Virus genome (UHGV): UHGV-0018639
Direction: 5' to 3' (one strand)
DNA from: a virus
DNA length: 64,000 nucleotides
Shown here: piece after piece, positions 9,663 to 18,356 of the stretch
How positions within the stretch are numbered: the stretch's first letter is position 1
Layout of the letters: the number at the start of each line of letters is the position of its first letter
Notes under the pieces: generated by a model
What the model saw: only the letters and a program-made list of their open reading frames with translations
Databases searched by the model: none
Told to the model about the DNA's origin: nothing
Program-made: the position numbers and the translations under genes

Positions 9663-10182
9663 AGATGGTTGCCCCTTTCGCAAAGTAGGCATCATAAATG
9701 TCAGAAAAAATATTGACATTTTCGACGCGATTGGCGTGAAGCTCGAAAGCAATCAAGTCAAGCGGATCGACTTTAACATCACCGCGTGGCTTAGCAAATG
9801 CACCCGCATAGCGGAAGTAATGAAACGCTTTTGGCCCAAACTCGCGCCAGACGAATTTGATATACGCGAACCAATTTTTTGCGGAAAGATAAATTTTTGC
9901 ATCCTTTGTAAAGATAACGGTCTTGAGAGCTAAATGTAGTATTGCTTTATAGTTACGGTCAGCCGTATCTACATTAATTGTAAATTGCAGGTCGCCACCC
10001 TGTATGTAATGCGCGAAATTGAGGTAAGTTATTTGGCAGAGATAATCATAGTAGCCGAACTTATCATTTACATCGACGAATTCATCAGAGCGCTCTTCTC
10101 CCGTTTTGAAATCATACATAATAGAAAACCTCCTTTTCCATTTTACTATATATAGTATAACATAAAACGCCCAAAATTTCAA
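9652..10182 (-). CDS. hypothetical protein (176 aa)
   Basis: ORF track entry, first gene of the minus-strand replication operon. Confidence 0.5.
   Translation of the reverse strand: MKFWAFYVILYIVKWKRRFSIMYDFKTGEERSDEFVDVNDKFGYYDYLCQITYLNFAHYIQGGDLQFTINVDTADRNYKAILHLALKTVIFTKDAKIYLSAKNWFAYIKFVWREFGPKAFHYFRYAGAFAKPRGDVKVDPLDLIAFELHANRVENVNIFSDIYDAYFAKGATIYDI
10128..10180 (-). promoter_or_regulatory. class-II-like promoter for the minus-strand replication operon
   Basis: Reverse complement reads TTGAAA-N17-TATACTATATATAGTAAAATGGAAAAGGAGG. Confidence 0.5.
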
Positions 10183-10269
10183 GTTTTCTCTCTTTTTTAG
10201 AGGATAGCTCGCACAAATTTACTTTATAATGGATAGAAATATTCAAATAATTTTAGGAGGTTTAACATA

Positions 10270-10554
10270 ATGGATATGTTAGCTCTTTTGCTTGCCGTTT
10301 CTATGATTGAGTGGTATATTATCGACAGAGCCAAGTCTGCGATTTGGGACCAGTTTTCTTTCGGTAAATACATCACTATGGCGGTCAGCCTGATTGCGTC
10401 CTTCTGTCTCGCCTTTGCTTTCAAGCTCGATGTGCTTGTTGCTGTTGGCCTTGTTGAGGAAGTTTCCAATGCGGGCATTATCCTGACTGGTTTTGCACTG
10501 TCCAGCGGCAGTTCTGCTATCGCTGAGATTGTTGGTGGAATTAGCGGTAAGTGA
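10270..10554 (+). CDS. small membrane protein (94 aa, 2-3 TM)
   Basis: Hydrophobic ORF followed by an intrinsic terminator. The antisense ORFs 10224-10605 are rejected. Confidence 0.5.
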   Translation: MDMLALLLAVSMIEWYIIDRAKSAIWDQFSFGKYITMAVSLIASFCLAFAFKLDVLVAVGLVEEVSNAGIILTGFALSSGSSAIAEIVGGISGK

Positions 10555-10564
10555 TATGATAAAT

Positions 10565-10597
10565 GGGAGTAGAATTTTTCTACTCCCAATTTTTTCT
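10565..10597 (+). terminator. intrinsic terminator
   Basis: GGGAGTAGAATTTTTCTACTCCC followed by AATTTTTTCT. Confidence 0.75.
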
Positions 10598-10718
10598 ATC
10601 CACACCTTTTATTATAATTATATAAAATATTTTGGGTTACGCTTTTAGCATAATCCATTTTTTTTATTTTTTCAAGTTTTTGAAAATTGCTTATCCATTG
10701 GATTTTATGAAAAAAAAT

Positions 10719-10758
10719 TTGATTTTTCAAAAAAATGATGATATAATAAATGTATAAA
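10719..10758 (+). promoter_or_regulatory. class-II promoter (TTGATT-N17-TATAAT + ATAAATG)
   Basis: -35 at 10719-24, -10 at 10742-47. Confidence 0.6.
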
Positions 10759-10772
10759 ATGAGAAAGGAGAT

Positions 10773-12125
10773 ATGTCAATGGTTAAAGTAGGATTGCGTT
10801 TTCTTGATAAAAATAATGACATTGGTAATAAAACATATTGGTATATTGTAAAAGATAAAAAGGTTTGGGCGGATTTAAATAAGGCCGCAATGATAAGCAT
10901 TTCGACTCAAAATTCAACGGCATTTAAAATTACAAATGAGACTGGATACGGATATAGAGATGCTTGGGTTGTTTGGGTTGATATTGATACAATAAAAGAG
11001 GGCGATGAAAAAGAACTCGTTGCTATAAGTGAAATTAGAGGATATGATGAAACAAGACCCAGAAAGAAGGTTTCTTTTCCTGTTTGGGGGATTTGTAGAA
11101 CAAATAGACCTGAGTGTTATGATAATTGTTTTTCCGAGCCTGTGTCGTATAACTTTGATGCCTCTTTAAATGATTCTGCTATAAGTAATGGTACATTTTA
11201 TCTTAATACTCCTGACAGTTATAAACCGCTCAAGGTTTCATTTGATGGTTCAATGTCTAATACGACAAACACTTGCGAGTCAGAGAATTCCAAACTTCAA
11301 TCTGTTTTTGCCAGCTCTAATACTACTTGTACACTAACTAATACTCTCACGACGTCTAATCTTGAAGACTTGAAAAATTTGATTTATAAAGAAAATTCAT
11401 CTATAATAAATATACAAAATAAAAAGGAGAAAAATGAAATGAATATGAAAATTTTTGATACCCAGTTTGGTAAAGTTGATGATGTAGCAATGTCCATTTA
11501 TGGCGCAACCTTCAAGACCGTTGGCACTGATGGTCTTGCGCGTTCTATCGCATATGATCCAAATACTCAGGAGTATATTGACGTCCCCAATGAGATGATT
11601 ATCGCAAAAGGCTCTTATTGCTATGCTATGCCTTGCACTGCTGATAATCTTCATATTGGCGAGTATATTCGTCATAATGGCGCATGGGCACGTGTAATTG
11701 ATGTTGATGATGCCGCGCGCATCGTTGTTGAAAAGATTGCTACTCGTGAGGTTGCAACCATTCTTCCCGTGCGTTCTATTTTTGGCTATTCGTTTTACAC
11801 TAAGCTTATTACGCCGTTTCAGAGTGGCTTTATGACGGCTGACGCAGAACATCCTTTCGGCAATATTCTTCCACTTCTTATGATGGGTGATGGTAAGATG
11901 GATGAAATGCTTCCGCTAATGTTTATGATGGGTCAGGGTAGTACCGCTCAGTTTGATATGTCAAACCCTATGATGCTTATGATGTTTATGGGTGATAAGA
12001 CTGATAAGGACTCTGATATGTTCAAGATGATGATGATGGCTTCTCTGTTTAATCAGGTGAAGTCCAAGTCTGACGCACATTTTTGTGAGTGTGATTGCTG
12101 TGATACAGAAAGGAAGTCTTACTAA
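10773..12125 (+). CDS. hypothetical two-domain protein with Met-rich C-terminal tail
   Basis: 450 aa. It has a low-complexity Ser/Thr/Asn linker containing an in-frame AAGGAG+ATG, and a C-terminus of MMGDGKMDEMLPLMFMMGQG...MMMMASLF. Confidence 0.55.
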   Translation: MSMVKVGLRFLDKNNDIGNKTYWYIVKDKKVWADLNKAAMISISTQNSTAFKITNETGYGYRDAWVVWVDIDTIKEGDEKELVAISEIRGYDETRPRKKVSFPVWGICRTNRPECYDNCFSEPVSYNFDASLNDSAISNGTFYLNTPDSYKPLKVSFDGSMSNTTNTCESENSKLQSVFASSNTTCTLTNTLTTSNLEDLKNLIYKENSSIINIQNKKEKNEMNMKIFDTQFGKVDDVAMSIYGATFKTVGTDGLARSIAYDPNTQEYIDVPNEMIIAKGSYCYAMPCTADNLHIGEYIRHNGAWARVIDVDDAARIVVEKIATREVATILPVRSIFGYSFYTKLITPFQSGFMTADAEHPFGNILPLLMMGDGKMDEMLPLMFMMGQGSTAQFDMSNPMMLMMFMGDKTDKDSDMFKMMMMASLFNQVKSKSDAHFCECDCCDTERKSY

Positions 12126-12595
12126 TGGATAGCCGTATTCAGTATTCAGTTGACTATGAAAATGGGGTTGTACTTGCTCGGTTCAATCCCGATGAAATAA
12201 TGGACGATCTTCTCAAGGAAACAATGTATCTTTCAAATAAGATGAATAATATAAATTTCCGCTGGAATAAGATTTTTGAATTATTTGAAAAGTTTCGCAA
12301 GGATAATAAGACGTCTCTTGATAATCTATGTAGCAAGGCTAAGTGCAATATGGATGCCGGTGATAAGTTTGACCTTGAGGTCGGTAAAGGGCTTGCGAGG
12401 CGTAGGCTTCTCGTCAAGGTAGCATCACTGCGCGCACGTTGGTTTTGGACACTTGAAATGGCAATGATGGATAACCTGTTCCGTCTGATGGATAGATATT
12501 GTCATCATCAGCAAATTGCTTGCGACTATGATGAGGAACTTGTCAATTATACTCTGTCCGGTGAGTTTTGCTCTGACCACGAACCGAAGTTCTGA
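12125..12595 (+). CDS. hypothetical protein (156 aa)
   Basis: ORF track entry, ATGA start/stop overlap. Confidence 0.5.
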   Translation: MDSRIQYSVDYENGVVLARFNPDEIMDDLLKETMYLSNKMNNINFRWNKIFELFEKFRKDNKTSLDNLCSKAKCNMDAGDKFDLEVGKGLARRRLLVKVASLRARWFWTLEMAMMDNLFRLMDRYCHHQQIACDYDEELVNYTLSGEFCSDHEPKF

Positions 12596-12609
12596 AAGGA
12601 GTGAGTGCT

Positions 12610-13149
12610 ATGCGAATTGCAAAGAACTTAGATAATTATGACTATACGAATCGACTGAAAATCCGTAACCTTGATAATACTGATATGCTTGATTTCAATT
12701 GCGGCGGAGCTGCTTTGATGACGTTCGATGGATTCGTTCCTGACCATGAGCGTGATTCGTATGAAGAAGGCATTGACGACGATATTGAAATGGGGCTTGA
12801 GTCTTGGGAAGTCATTGACAGACTTCTTTGGCGCGATGTTGATGAAATGCTGCATCTTTTTGCAGGTCGTCTTCGACTGGCTGACGCGGGAGAACAGCCG
12901 CAAGAAAATGAACGTCTTATCGCATATCGCGTAGCACTCTCTTATGAAGAAGATGATGGTTGTGGCACGCTGATTGATACTGACTTTCACTTTAAGTATA
13001 TGGATAGTGATGGGCAGTGGTATCAAAAAAGAGGTTTCTTCAACCCGATTGAGAAGTGTGATTTGTCTGCTGATTCAATTTGGGAATGTGGGCCTTTGTG
13101 CCCGCCTTATACATCAGATATTGTGTTTATGATGCTTACGAAAATTTGA
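12610..13149 (+). CDS. hypothetical acidic protein (about 179 aa)
   Basis: ATG 8 nt after AAGGAG; the ORF track's 12601 is an alternative start. Confidence 0.5.
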   Translation: MRIAKNLDNYDYTNRLKIRNLDNTDMLDFNCGGAALMTFDGFVPDHERDSYEEGIDDDIEMGLESWEVIDRLLWRDVDEMLHLFAGRLRLADAGEQPQENERLIAYRVALSYEEDDGCGTLIDTDFHFKYMDSDGQWYQKRGFFNPIEKCDLSADSIWECGPLCPPYTSDIVFMMLTKI

Positions 13150-13185
13150 TTTTCTTTCAGATTTTTTATATAATATATATAGAAA
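13146..13185 (+). promoter_or_regulatory. class-II promoter TTGATT-N17-TATAATATATATAGAAAG
   Basis: -35 at 13146-51, -10 at 13169-74, conserved ATATATAGAAA downstream. Confidence 0.7.
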
Positions 13186-13205
13186 GTTGAGAGAGGAGCT
13201 TGAAA

Positions 13206-13499
13206 ATGGCTAATCGTATAACCCCTGAACAAATAAAACAAATCAATTTAGCTTATCTTTCGTGCCATACATATAATGGCGCGGCAAAAGCAGCGGGTGT
13301 TAGCCCGTCAACAGCAAAGAAATATATCGATCCAAATTTTCAAGCTCCGGATACGAATATTGTAGCTAAAGTAGTAGAGCCGCTACCTATGAATACAATC
13401 AATCCGTTTGTGTGCGCGAGTGAAATTTTTGAAGCAACTCAGTTATCTGACGCAGAAAAATCTGAAATGCCATTGTTTTGGAAGGAGATTTTGATATGA
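13206..13499 (+). CDS. small helix-turn-helix DNA-binding protein
   Basis: YNGAAKAAGVSPSTAKKY is HTH-like. Class-II promoter immediately upstream. Confidence 0.55.
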   Translation: MANRITPEQIKQINLAYLSCHTYNGAAKAAGVSPSTAKKYIDPNFQAPDTNIVAKVVEPLPMNTINPFVCASEIFEATQLSDAEKSEMPLFWKEILI

Positions 13500-13777
13500 A
13501 AACTTGGTTTATGTATCGAGAGAATCCAGATGGGAAATTTACAATAGTTCCTATTTATAAAAACTTTGGTGAAGATTGGAAAATAATGGGATCTTGGGCG
13601 GTGCTTCCCGCACGGCTGTTTGGATTGAGTTGGGCCGATTATCTGCGTTATTGCAGACAGTGCGGCGCCGATGTGCGAGGTAAGGCGCACCAGTATCCTA
13701 TTATTGCGTGGGATAAGAAGAATGATGAGTTCTTGAATGAGTTGAATAAGCGCGCGAATGAGTTGATTAAAATTTGA
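13496..13777 (+). CDS. hypothetical protein (about 93 aa)
   Basis: ATG after GGAAGGAG; overlaps the previous stop (ATATGA). Confidence 0.5.
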   Translation: MKTWFMYRENPDGKFTIVPIYKNFGEDWKIMGSWAVLPARLFGLSWADYLRYCRQCGADVRGKAHQYPIIAWDKKNDEFLNELNKRANELIKI

Positions 13778-13813
13778 TTTTGGCTGAAATTTTTTGTATA
13801 ATATATACAGAAA
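13774..13813 (+). promoter_or_regulatory. class-II promoter driving tRNA-Leu(TAA) and the SPFH gene
   Basis: TTGATT 13774-79, N17, TATAAT 13797-802, ATATACAGAAAG. Confidence 0.7.
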
Positions 13814-13821
13814 GTTGAAAT

Positions 13822-13907
13822 GCGGGACTGGTGTAATTGGTAGCCACATTTGATTTAAGCTCAAATGGCCTTTGGTCGTAAGGGTTCGAGTCCCTTGTCC
13901 CGCACCA
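13822..13907 (+). tRNA. tRNA-Leu (anticodon TAA), type II
   Basis: Cloverleaf GCGGGAC..GTGTAATTGGTAGCCAC..anticodon loop TTTAAGC..long variable arm..AAGGGTTCGAGTCCCTT..GTCCCGCACCA. Sits directly behind a class-II promoter. Confidence 0.85.
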
Positions 13908-13974
13908 ATTGCCGTTTTCAGTGGCGGCTTAGAAACAGTTCTCAAAGAAGTATCAAAAAGAAAGGAGAAAATGA

Positions 13975-14877
13975 ATGTCATTTTTCGTAAGAACAGTAAC
14001 TGATCGGTATGGGGATACAAATACTTATCCTCGTTGGGGCAGAATAGTGGGGTGCGCTATAGGGGCACTACTTGTTCTAATTATAATTCTCTCTTGTTTT
14101 ACTAAAGTTCCTACTGGCAATACTGGTATTGTCACTACATTTGGTAAGGTTGAGAATTATACATTGGATTCAGGCTTTCATCTAAAAGCTCCGTGGCAGA
14201 AGATAGTTAAGATGGATAATCGAGTACAGAAGCAGAGTATTGATTTGATGTGTTTCTCTTCTGATATTCAGGAAGTCTCTATGACTTATACAATTAACTT
14301 CCAGATTAGTAAGAGCGATGCAATGACGATTTATTCTACCATCGGCACTCATTATTATGAAACCGTTATTATGCCTTGTATTACCGAGTCAGTTAAGACA
14401 GTTTGTGCACGATATACCGCAGAAGAGCTAGTGGGCATGAGAAGTGAACTTGCTTCAGCAATAGAGGAAGATCTTTCTGAGAAATTAATTAATTACAACA
14501 TAGAGCTTGTTTCTACTTCTGTTGAGAACATGGATTTCACTGATGTCTTTACTGATGCTGTTGAAGCAAAGCAGGTTGCAGCACAGAATAAGCTCACCGC
14601 ACAGACTCGTGCTGAGCAGGAAGTTATTGAAGCCGAAGCAGCGGCTAAGGTTCAGGTAATTCAGGCACAGGCTGATGCAGATGCAATGGTGGCTAAGGCT
14701 CAGGCCGAAGCAGAAGCGACTCGAATTCGTGCAGAAGCCGAAGCAGAAGCCAACGCGAAGGTTGCCGCGTCTCTAACAAATGCGCTAATTGATTATACTT
14801 ATGCACAGCATTGGGATGGTAAGTATCCTACCTATTATGGTGGTAATGGTACGACTCCTGTTATCGATCTTAGATAA
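13975..14877 (+). CDS. SPFH/band-7 (prohibitin/HflK-like) membrane protein
   Basis: N-terminal TM helix, an SPFH core (PTGNTGIVTTFGKV...) and a C-terminal Ala/Glu-rich coiled coil (AEAEAAAKVQVIQAQADADAMVAKAQAEAEA). 300 aa. Confidence 0.75.
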   Translation: MSFFVRTVTDRYGDTNTYPRWGRIVGCAIGALLVLIIILSCFTKVPTGNTGIVTTFGKVENYTLDSGFHLKAPWQKIVKMDNRVQKQSIDLMCFSSDIQEVSMTYTINFQISKSDAMTIYSTIGTHYYETVIMPCITESVKTVCARYTAEELVGMRSELASAIEEDLSEKLINYNIELVSTSVENMDFTDVFTDAVEAKQVAAQNKLTAQTRAEQEVIEAEAAAKVQVIQAQADADAMVAKAQAEAEATRIRAEAEAEANAKVAASLTNALIDYTYAQHWDGKYPTYYGGNGTTPVIDLR

Positions 14878-14915
14878 ATAAATGAGCTGGCATCTCAATA
14901 AACTGCCATTAATAT

Positions 14916-15000
14916 GGGTCAGTAGCGAATCGGCAAACGCAACGGGCTGTAAACCCGTCTCCTTCGGGAATAATTGGATCGACACCAATCTGACTCACCA
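14916..15000 (+). tRNA. tRNA-Tyr (anticodon GTA), type II
   Basis: GGGTCAG acceptor pairs CTGACTC-A-CCA. Anticodon stem ACGGG/CCCGT with loop CTGTAAA. T-loop ATCGACA (A54). Confidence 0.75.
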
Positions 15001-15116
15001 AGACGCAGCGGGTGTTAGATTTTCTACTGGGGAATACTGTGTCTAATATAGAGAAAATCATTTTTGTGAAATTCAAGTATATTCTAGCTAAATATACCGT
15101 AAAAGCCGGATTATAT

Positions 15117-15192
15117 GCCCAGATAGCTCAGTTGGTAGAGCAGGGGACTGAAAATTCCCGTGTCGCTGGTCCAATTCCAGCTCTGGGCACCA
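15117..15192 (+). tRNA. tRNA-Phe (anticodon GAA)
   Basis: GCCCAGA..GCTCAGTTGGTAGAGC..loop CTGAAAA..GCTGGTCCAATTCCAGC..TCTGGGCACCA. Canonical cloverleaf. Confidence 0.9.
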
Positions 15193-15364
15193 TTTTGGGA
15201 TTGTTTACTGCTTCTTGTTCCCTTGATCGTGAAAATGCATGAGTAGCGATTAAAAAACATCTAAGCGGCGTGCATCGTTGGCCATCTGAGGGCTGCGTTA
15301 AGGCTTAAAAGGCCACAATCGATTGGGGTTGGTAAACCTCCTGCGGGGAAGCTTCCATTATTAT

Positions 15365-15447
15365 GGGCAAGTGGTGGAACTGGTAGACACAACAGTCTTA
15401 GACGCTGTCGCTTCGGTATAGGGGTTCGAGTCCCCTCCTGCCCACCA
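15365..15447 (+). tRNA. tRNA-Leu (anticodon TAG), type II
   Basis: D arm GTGGAACTGGTAGACAC, anticodon loop CTTAGAC, T arm AGGGGTTCGAGTCCCCT, CCA end. One A-C mismatch in the acceptor stem. Confidence 0.75.
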
Positions 15448-15567
15448 TAAGTCTCCAAGAGGATGGATTTCGGCTAAACTACCACCGGCGCACAATGTGT
15501 GATATGTGGCTTTGTCATTTGTGGAGACTATAATAAATAAAAACGAAAGTAAGCCGACTTTTGAAAT

Positions 15568-15651
15568 GCAGGATTGGTGGAATTGGCAGACACGGTGGAT
15601 TCAAGTCCCACTGCTTTTAGCATAAGAGTTCAAGTCTCTTATCCTGCACCA
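15568..15651 (+). tRNA. tRNA-Leu (anticodon CAA), type II
   Basis: GCAGGAT acceptor, D arm GTGGAATTGGCAGACAC, loop TTCAAGT, variable hairpin TGCTTTTAGCA, T arm AAGAGTTCAAGTCTCTT, ATCCTGCACCA. Confidence 0.8.
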
Positions 15652-15780
15652 TTGGTGGTCACTAGGGTTGTATTCTTCTCAAGCCAAGTGAGTAGTGTTG
15701 ATGAAACGAAATAGATGGTAAACAAATAATTGAGATTAAGTATGCAACCCGTTGTATTATTTTAATGAAAGGAGATAAAA

Positions 15781-16365
15781 ATGTCAGCAAATTTTTATAT
15801 TAGCGATATCCATTTTGGGCATAAAAATATAATAAAATTTGATCATCGTCCTTTTAGTAGTGTTGATGAAATGAACAGCATACTTATTGCAAATTGGAAT
15901 GATATAGTTGGTCACAATGATAATATCTACGTTCTTGGTGATTTTTGCTGGGGTAAATCTGATGAGTGGATTGATATTCTGTCTCAACTCAAAGGTAATA
16001 AGTATCTCATTGCTGGTAATCACGACTTGCGTAATCCTCCTTCAGATGTGCGGCGTTTCTTTCAGGATTGGCGCGACTACAAAGAAATTTTTGACAATGG
16101 CCGCAAGGTTATAATGTGCCATTATCCAATTCCGTTCTATAAGTCAGACTATAATTCAGATACTTATATGTTGTTTGGTCATTTGCACACAACATTTGAG
16201 AATGGGTATATTGAGGATTTGCGCGAACGGATAGAGCACGATCCATATGAGCGTTCAGCAAAAAATCTTTGCCAGTTTTATAACGTTGGTTGTATGATGC
16301 CTTGGATGGAATACAAGCCGCACACGTTGGATGAGATTGTTGAGGGGTTTGGTAAATATCACTAA
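15781..16365 (+). CDS. calcineurin-like metallophosphoesterase
   Basis: DIHFGH, GDF and GNHD motifs. 194 aa. Confidence 0.75.
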   Translation: MSANFYISDIHFGHKNIIKFDHRPFSSVDEMNSILIANWNDIVGHNDNIYVLGDFCWGKSDEWIDILSQLKGNKYLIAGNHDLRNPPSDVRRFFQDWRDYKEIFDNGRKVIMCHYPIPFYKSDYNSDTYMLFGHLHTTFENGYIEDLRERIEHDPYERSAKNLCQFYNVGCMMPWMEYKPHTLDEIVEGFGKYH

Positions 16366-16375
16366 ACCCACATAT

Positions 16376-16464
16376 GCGGGATGAACTCAGACGGCTCTGA
16401 GACCGGTCTTGAAAACCGTGGGCAGGTGAAAGCTTGTGGGGATCGACACCTCCGTCCCGCGCCA
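16376..16464 (+). tRNA. tRNA-Ser (anticodon TGA), type II
   Basis: Anticodon arm CCGGT-CTTGAAA-ACCGT is near-identical to E. coli serT. Long variable arm, T-loop ATCGACA, GTCCCGC-G-CCA. Confidence 0.7.
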
Positions 16465-16468
16465 GTAT

Positions 16469-16556
16469 GCGGAGTCAACCAGTAAGGTGCTGGACTCGCC
16501 TGCTAAGCGATGTGTAGCTATTCGGCTATTTGGTTCGTGTCCAAGGCTCCGCGCCA
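16469..16556 (+). tRNA. tRNA-Ser (anticodon GCT), type II
   Basis: GCGGAGT acceptor, anticodon loop CTGCTAA, variable hairpin TAGCTATTCGGCTA, T arm TTTGGTTCGTGTCCAAG, GCTCCGC-G-CCA. Confidence 0.65.
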
Positions 16557-16560
16557 ATAT

Positions 16561-16636
16561 GTGTCCTTAGTCCAATCGGTAGAACAACAGACTGTTAATC
16601 TGTAGGGTATAGGTTCAAATCCTATAGGACACGCCA
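16561..16636 (+). tRNA. tRNA-Asn (anticodon GTT)
   Basis: GTGTCCT..anticodon stem ACAGA/TCTGT, loop CTGTTAA..T arm ATAGGTTCAAATCCTAT..AGGACAC-G-CCA. Confidence 0.85.
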
Positions 16637-16639
16637 TAT

Positions 16640-16716
16640 GCGCCATTAGCTCAGTTGGTAGTAGCACTTGATTTTTAATCAAGGAGTCCGCGGTTCAAGT
16701 CCGCGATGGCGCACCA
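16640..16716 (+). tRNA. tRNA-Lys (anticodon TTT)
   Basis: GCGCCAT..GCTCAGTTGGTAG..CTTGA-TTTTTAA-TCAAG..CGCGGTTCAAGTCCGCG..ATGGCGC-A-CCA. Confidence 0.9.
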
Positions 16717-16736
16717 TAATTTTTGGAGGAAGTAAA

Positions 16737-17858
16737 ATGAAATTAACAGAAAAGGGGGTTGCCGCGTTTGCCGCAGCGTTAGAGCACTGCCCCAATGAAT
16801 CTTTTTCAGCGGCCAGCCTTTCAGCAAAGTGCGGCGCCTCTATTTCTGCAGCTACACTCAATGGTATTGTCAATCAGGGACTTATGACTCGACTTGGTGG
16901 TTCGCCTGTCAAGTTTGAATTAGTGCCTAACGCGAAAGACTTGTATAGCAAGGCGCGCGAAGATAAGCCAGCCAACGAAAATCTTCGTAAAGCACAGGCC
17001 GCGAAAAATGATGAGTTTTATACTCGGTATCAGGATATCGAAAAAGAAGTCTTACAGTATGACTTGCGTGGCAAAAAGATTCTGTGCAATTGCAATGATG
17101 GGTTAGATAGTGAATTTACAAATTTCTTTATGGCAAATTTTGAAGCACTTGGACTCGCCGAAGTCGTTTGTCTGAGTTATGAGAAAGAAAAGCTTGCTTT
17201 CAAAACGGTTAGGCGCACACCCACAAAGCCCGATATAAAAGTTGAAGTAGCACGGATTCCCCTTAAAGGAAACGGGGCTTTTGATTCATGCGAAGGTCGA
17301 GAAGCTTTAGCGGCCTGTGATGTTGTTATCACTAATCCGCCGTTCAGTCGGTTTCGTGAATTTGTCAATTTGATTTTGTCTTACAAGAAAGACTTTTTGA
17401 TAATTGGCAGTAAAAACGCTATTACTTATAAAGAGTTCTTTCCTCTTCTAATGAATGGCAAAGTTCATATTGGCAATTATAATGTTTCTACTTTTAAACA
17501 GCCCGATGATACTGAGAAGAGATTTGGAAACATTGGTTGGTTTACGACCCTTCCTGTCGCAAAGGCCACACAGCCAATTCCTTTAACAGCAACCTACGAT
17601 TCCGTCAATTATCCTGCCTATGATAATTTTCATGCAATCGAGGTAAGCCGCACAGCTAACATTCCAAAAGATTATGATGGTGTGATGGGCGTTCCTATTT
17701 CATTCCTTGATAAGTTTTGTCCTACTCAATTTAAAATTGTTGGATGGAGCAGACATAATGATGAAGGAATGGACGGCGGATATTGGACGGGCGGTTGTGC
17801 AGATGCTACTATAAATGGTAAACGAGTTTATCGTAGAATTTTGATTCAGAAAATTTGA
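16737..17858 (+). CDS. N6-adenine DNA methyltransferase (NPPF motif)
   Basis: Motif IV VVITNPPFS with a SAM-binding region upstream. About 373 aa from the ATG 7 nt after GGAGG; the track's 16668 start would overlap tRNA-Lys. Its stop codon lies inside the -35 box of the next promoter. Confidence 0.7.
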   Translation: MKLTEKGVAAFAAALEHCPNESFSAASLSAKCGASISAATLNGIVNQGLMTRLGGSPVKFELVPNAKDLYSKAREDKPANENLRKAQAAKNDEFYTRYQDIEKEVLQYDLRGKKILCNCNDGLDSEFTNFFMANFEALGLAEVVCLSYEKEKLAFKTVRRTPTKPDIKVEVARIPLKGNGAFDSCEGREALAACDVVITNPPFSRFREFVNLILSYKKDFLIIGSKNAITYKEFFPLLMNGKVHIGNYNVSTFKQPDDTEKRFGNIGWFTTLPVAKATQPIPLTATYDSVNYPAYDNFHAIEVSRTANIPKDYDGVMGVPISFLDKFCPTQFKIVGWSRHNDEGMDGGYWTGGCADATINGKRVYRRILIQKI

Positions 17859-17894
17859 TTTTTATCAAAATTTTCGATATAATATATATAGAAA
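17855..17894 (+). promoter_or_regulatory. class-II promoter (its -35 contains the methyltransferase gene's TGA stop)
   Basis: TTGATT 17855-60, TATAAT 17878-83, ATATATAGAAAG. Confidence 0.7.
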
Positions 17895-18026
17895 GTTGAG
17901 AGAAATGGTTCTAACAAGCCAGCGTGCGCGCGAGTAAAAGTTGTTAGTAAGCGGTTGGCATACGTGATAAGCCATTGCCCCAGCGAGAAGATTTAATAAA
18001 TCTTCTTTGTTGGCGGTGTTCAATTT

Positions 18027-18100
18027 CGGGGATGTGGTGTAATGGTAGCACACTTGATTTGGGGTCAAGAAGAGTGGTTCAAATCCAACATTTCCGGCCA
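18027..18100 (+). tRNA. tRNA-Pro (anticodon TGG)-like, irregular stems
   Basis: Perfect anticodon arm CTTGA-TTTGGGG-TCAAG, D loop TAATGGTAG, T loop GGTTCAAATCC, 3' GCCA. The acceptor and D stems cannot both be made canonical. Confidence 0.5.
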
Positions 18101-18107
18101 TAAAAAT

Positions 18108-18194
18108 GCTGAGTTCCCATAGTGGTCGATTGGAGCGGTTTTGTAAGCCGCAGACTTCGTGTCCGCATCAGTTCGAATCTGATACTCAGCTCCA
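18108..18194 (+). tRNA. tRNA with anticodon TGT (Thr-like) and an unusual long variable arm
   Basis: Perfect acceptor GCTGAGT/ACTCAGC-T-CCA, anticodon arm GCGGT-TTTGTAA-GCCGC, T arm ATCAGTTCGAATCTGAT, and a 15-nt variable arm. 87 nt. Confidence 0.6.
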
Positions 18195-18198
18195 CTAT

Positions 18199-18274
18199 AA
18201 GAGAGTAGCCCAATAGGTAAGGCAGCAGTCTCCAAAACTGAAGATTAAAGGTTCAATTCCTTTCTCTCTTGCCA
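18199..18274 (+). tRNA. tRNA-Trp (anticodon CCA)
   Basis: AAGAGAG..CAGT-CTCCAAA-ACTG..AAAGGTTCAATTCCTTT..CTCTCTT-G-CCA. Confidence 0.8.
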
Positions 18275-18316
18275 ACAATTTCATTTTTTCATTTTTCAAA
18301 TTTCCTTTCTTAAAAT

Positions 18317-18356
18317 TTGACTTTTTCAAAAAATCTTGATATAATATATACATAAG
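18317..18356 (+). promoter_or_regulatory. class-II promoter driving ORF-free region A
   Basis: TTGACT 18317-22, N17, TATAAT 18340-45, ATATACATAAGATAAAG. Confidence 0.65.

Noticed and set aside
10224-10605. Two overlapping minus-strand ORFs (121 and 108 aa)
   Set aside because: They are antisense to the plus-strand membrane-protein gene 10270-10554, which has the promoter and terminator context. They have low-complexity composition.
15193-15364. Additional tRNA between tRNA-Phe and tRNA-Leu(TAG), and between 15001 and 15116
   Set aside because: The local hairpins (for example GGCCATCTGAGGGCTGCGTTAAGGCTTAAAAGGCC) did not assemble into a cloverleaf with an acceptor stem. They are possibly degenerate tRNA remnants or processing spacers.
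15261-15458. 65-aa minus-strand ORF
   Set aside because: It lies entirely antisense to tRNA-Leu(TAG). It is a spurious ORF created by the GC-rich tRNA sequence.
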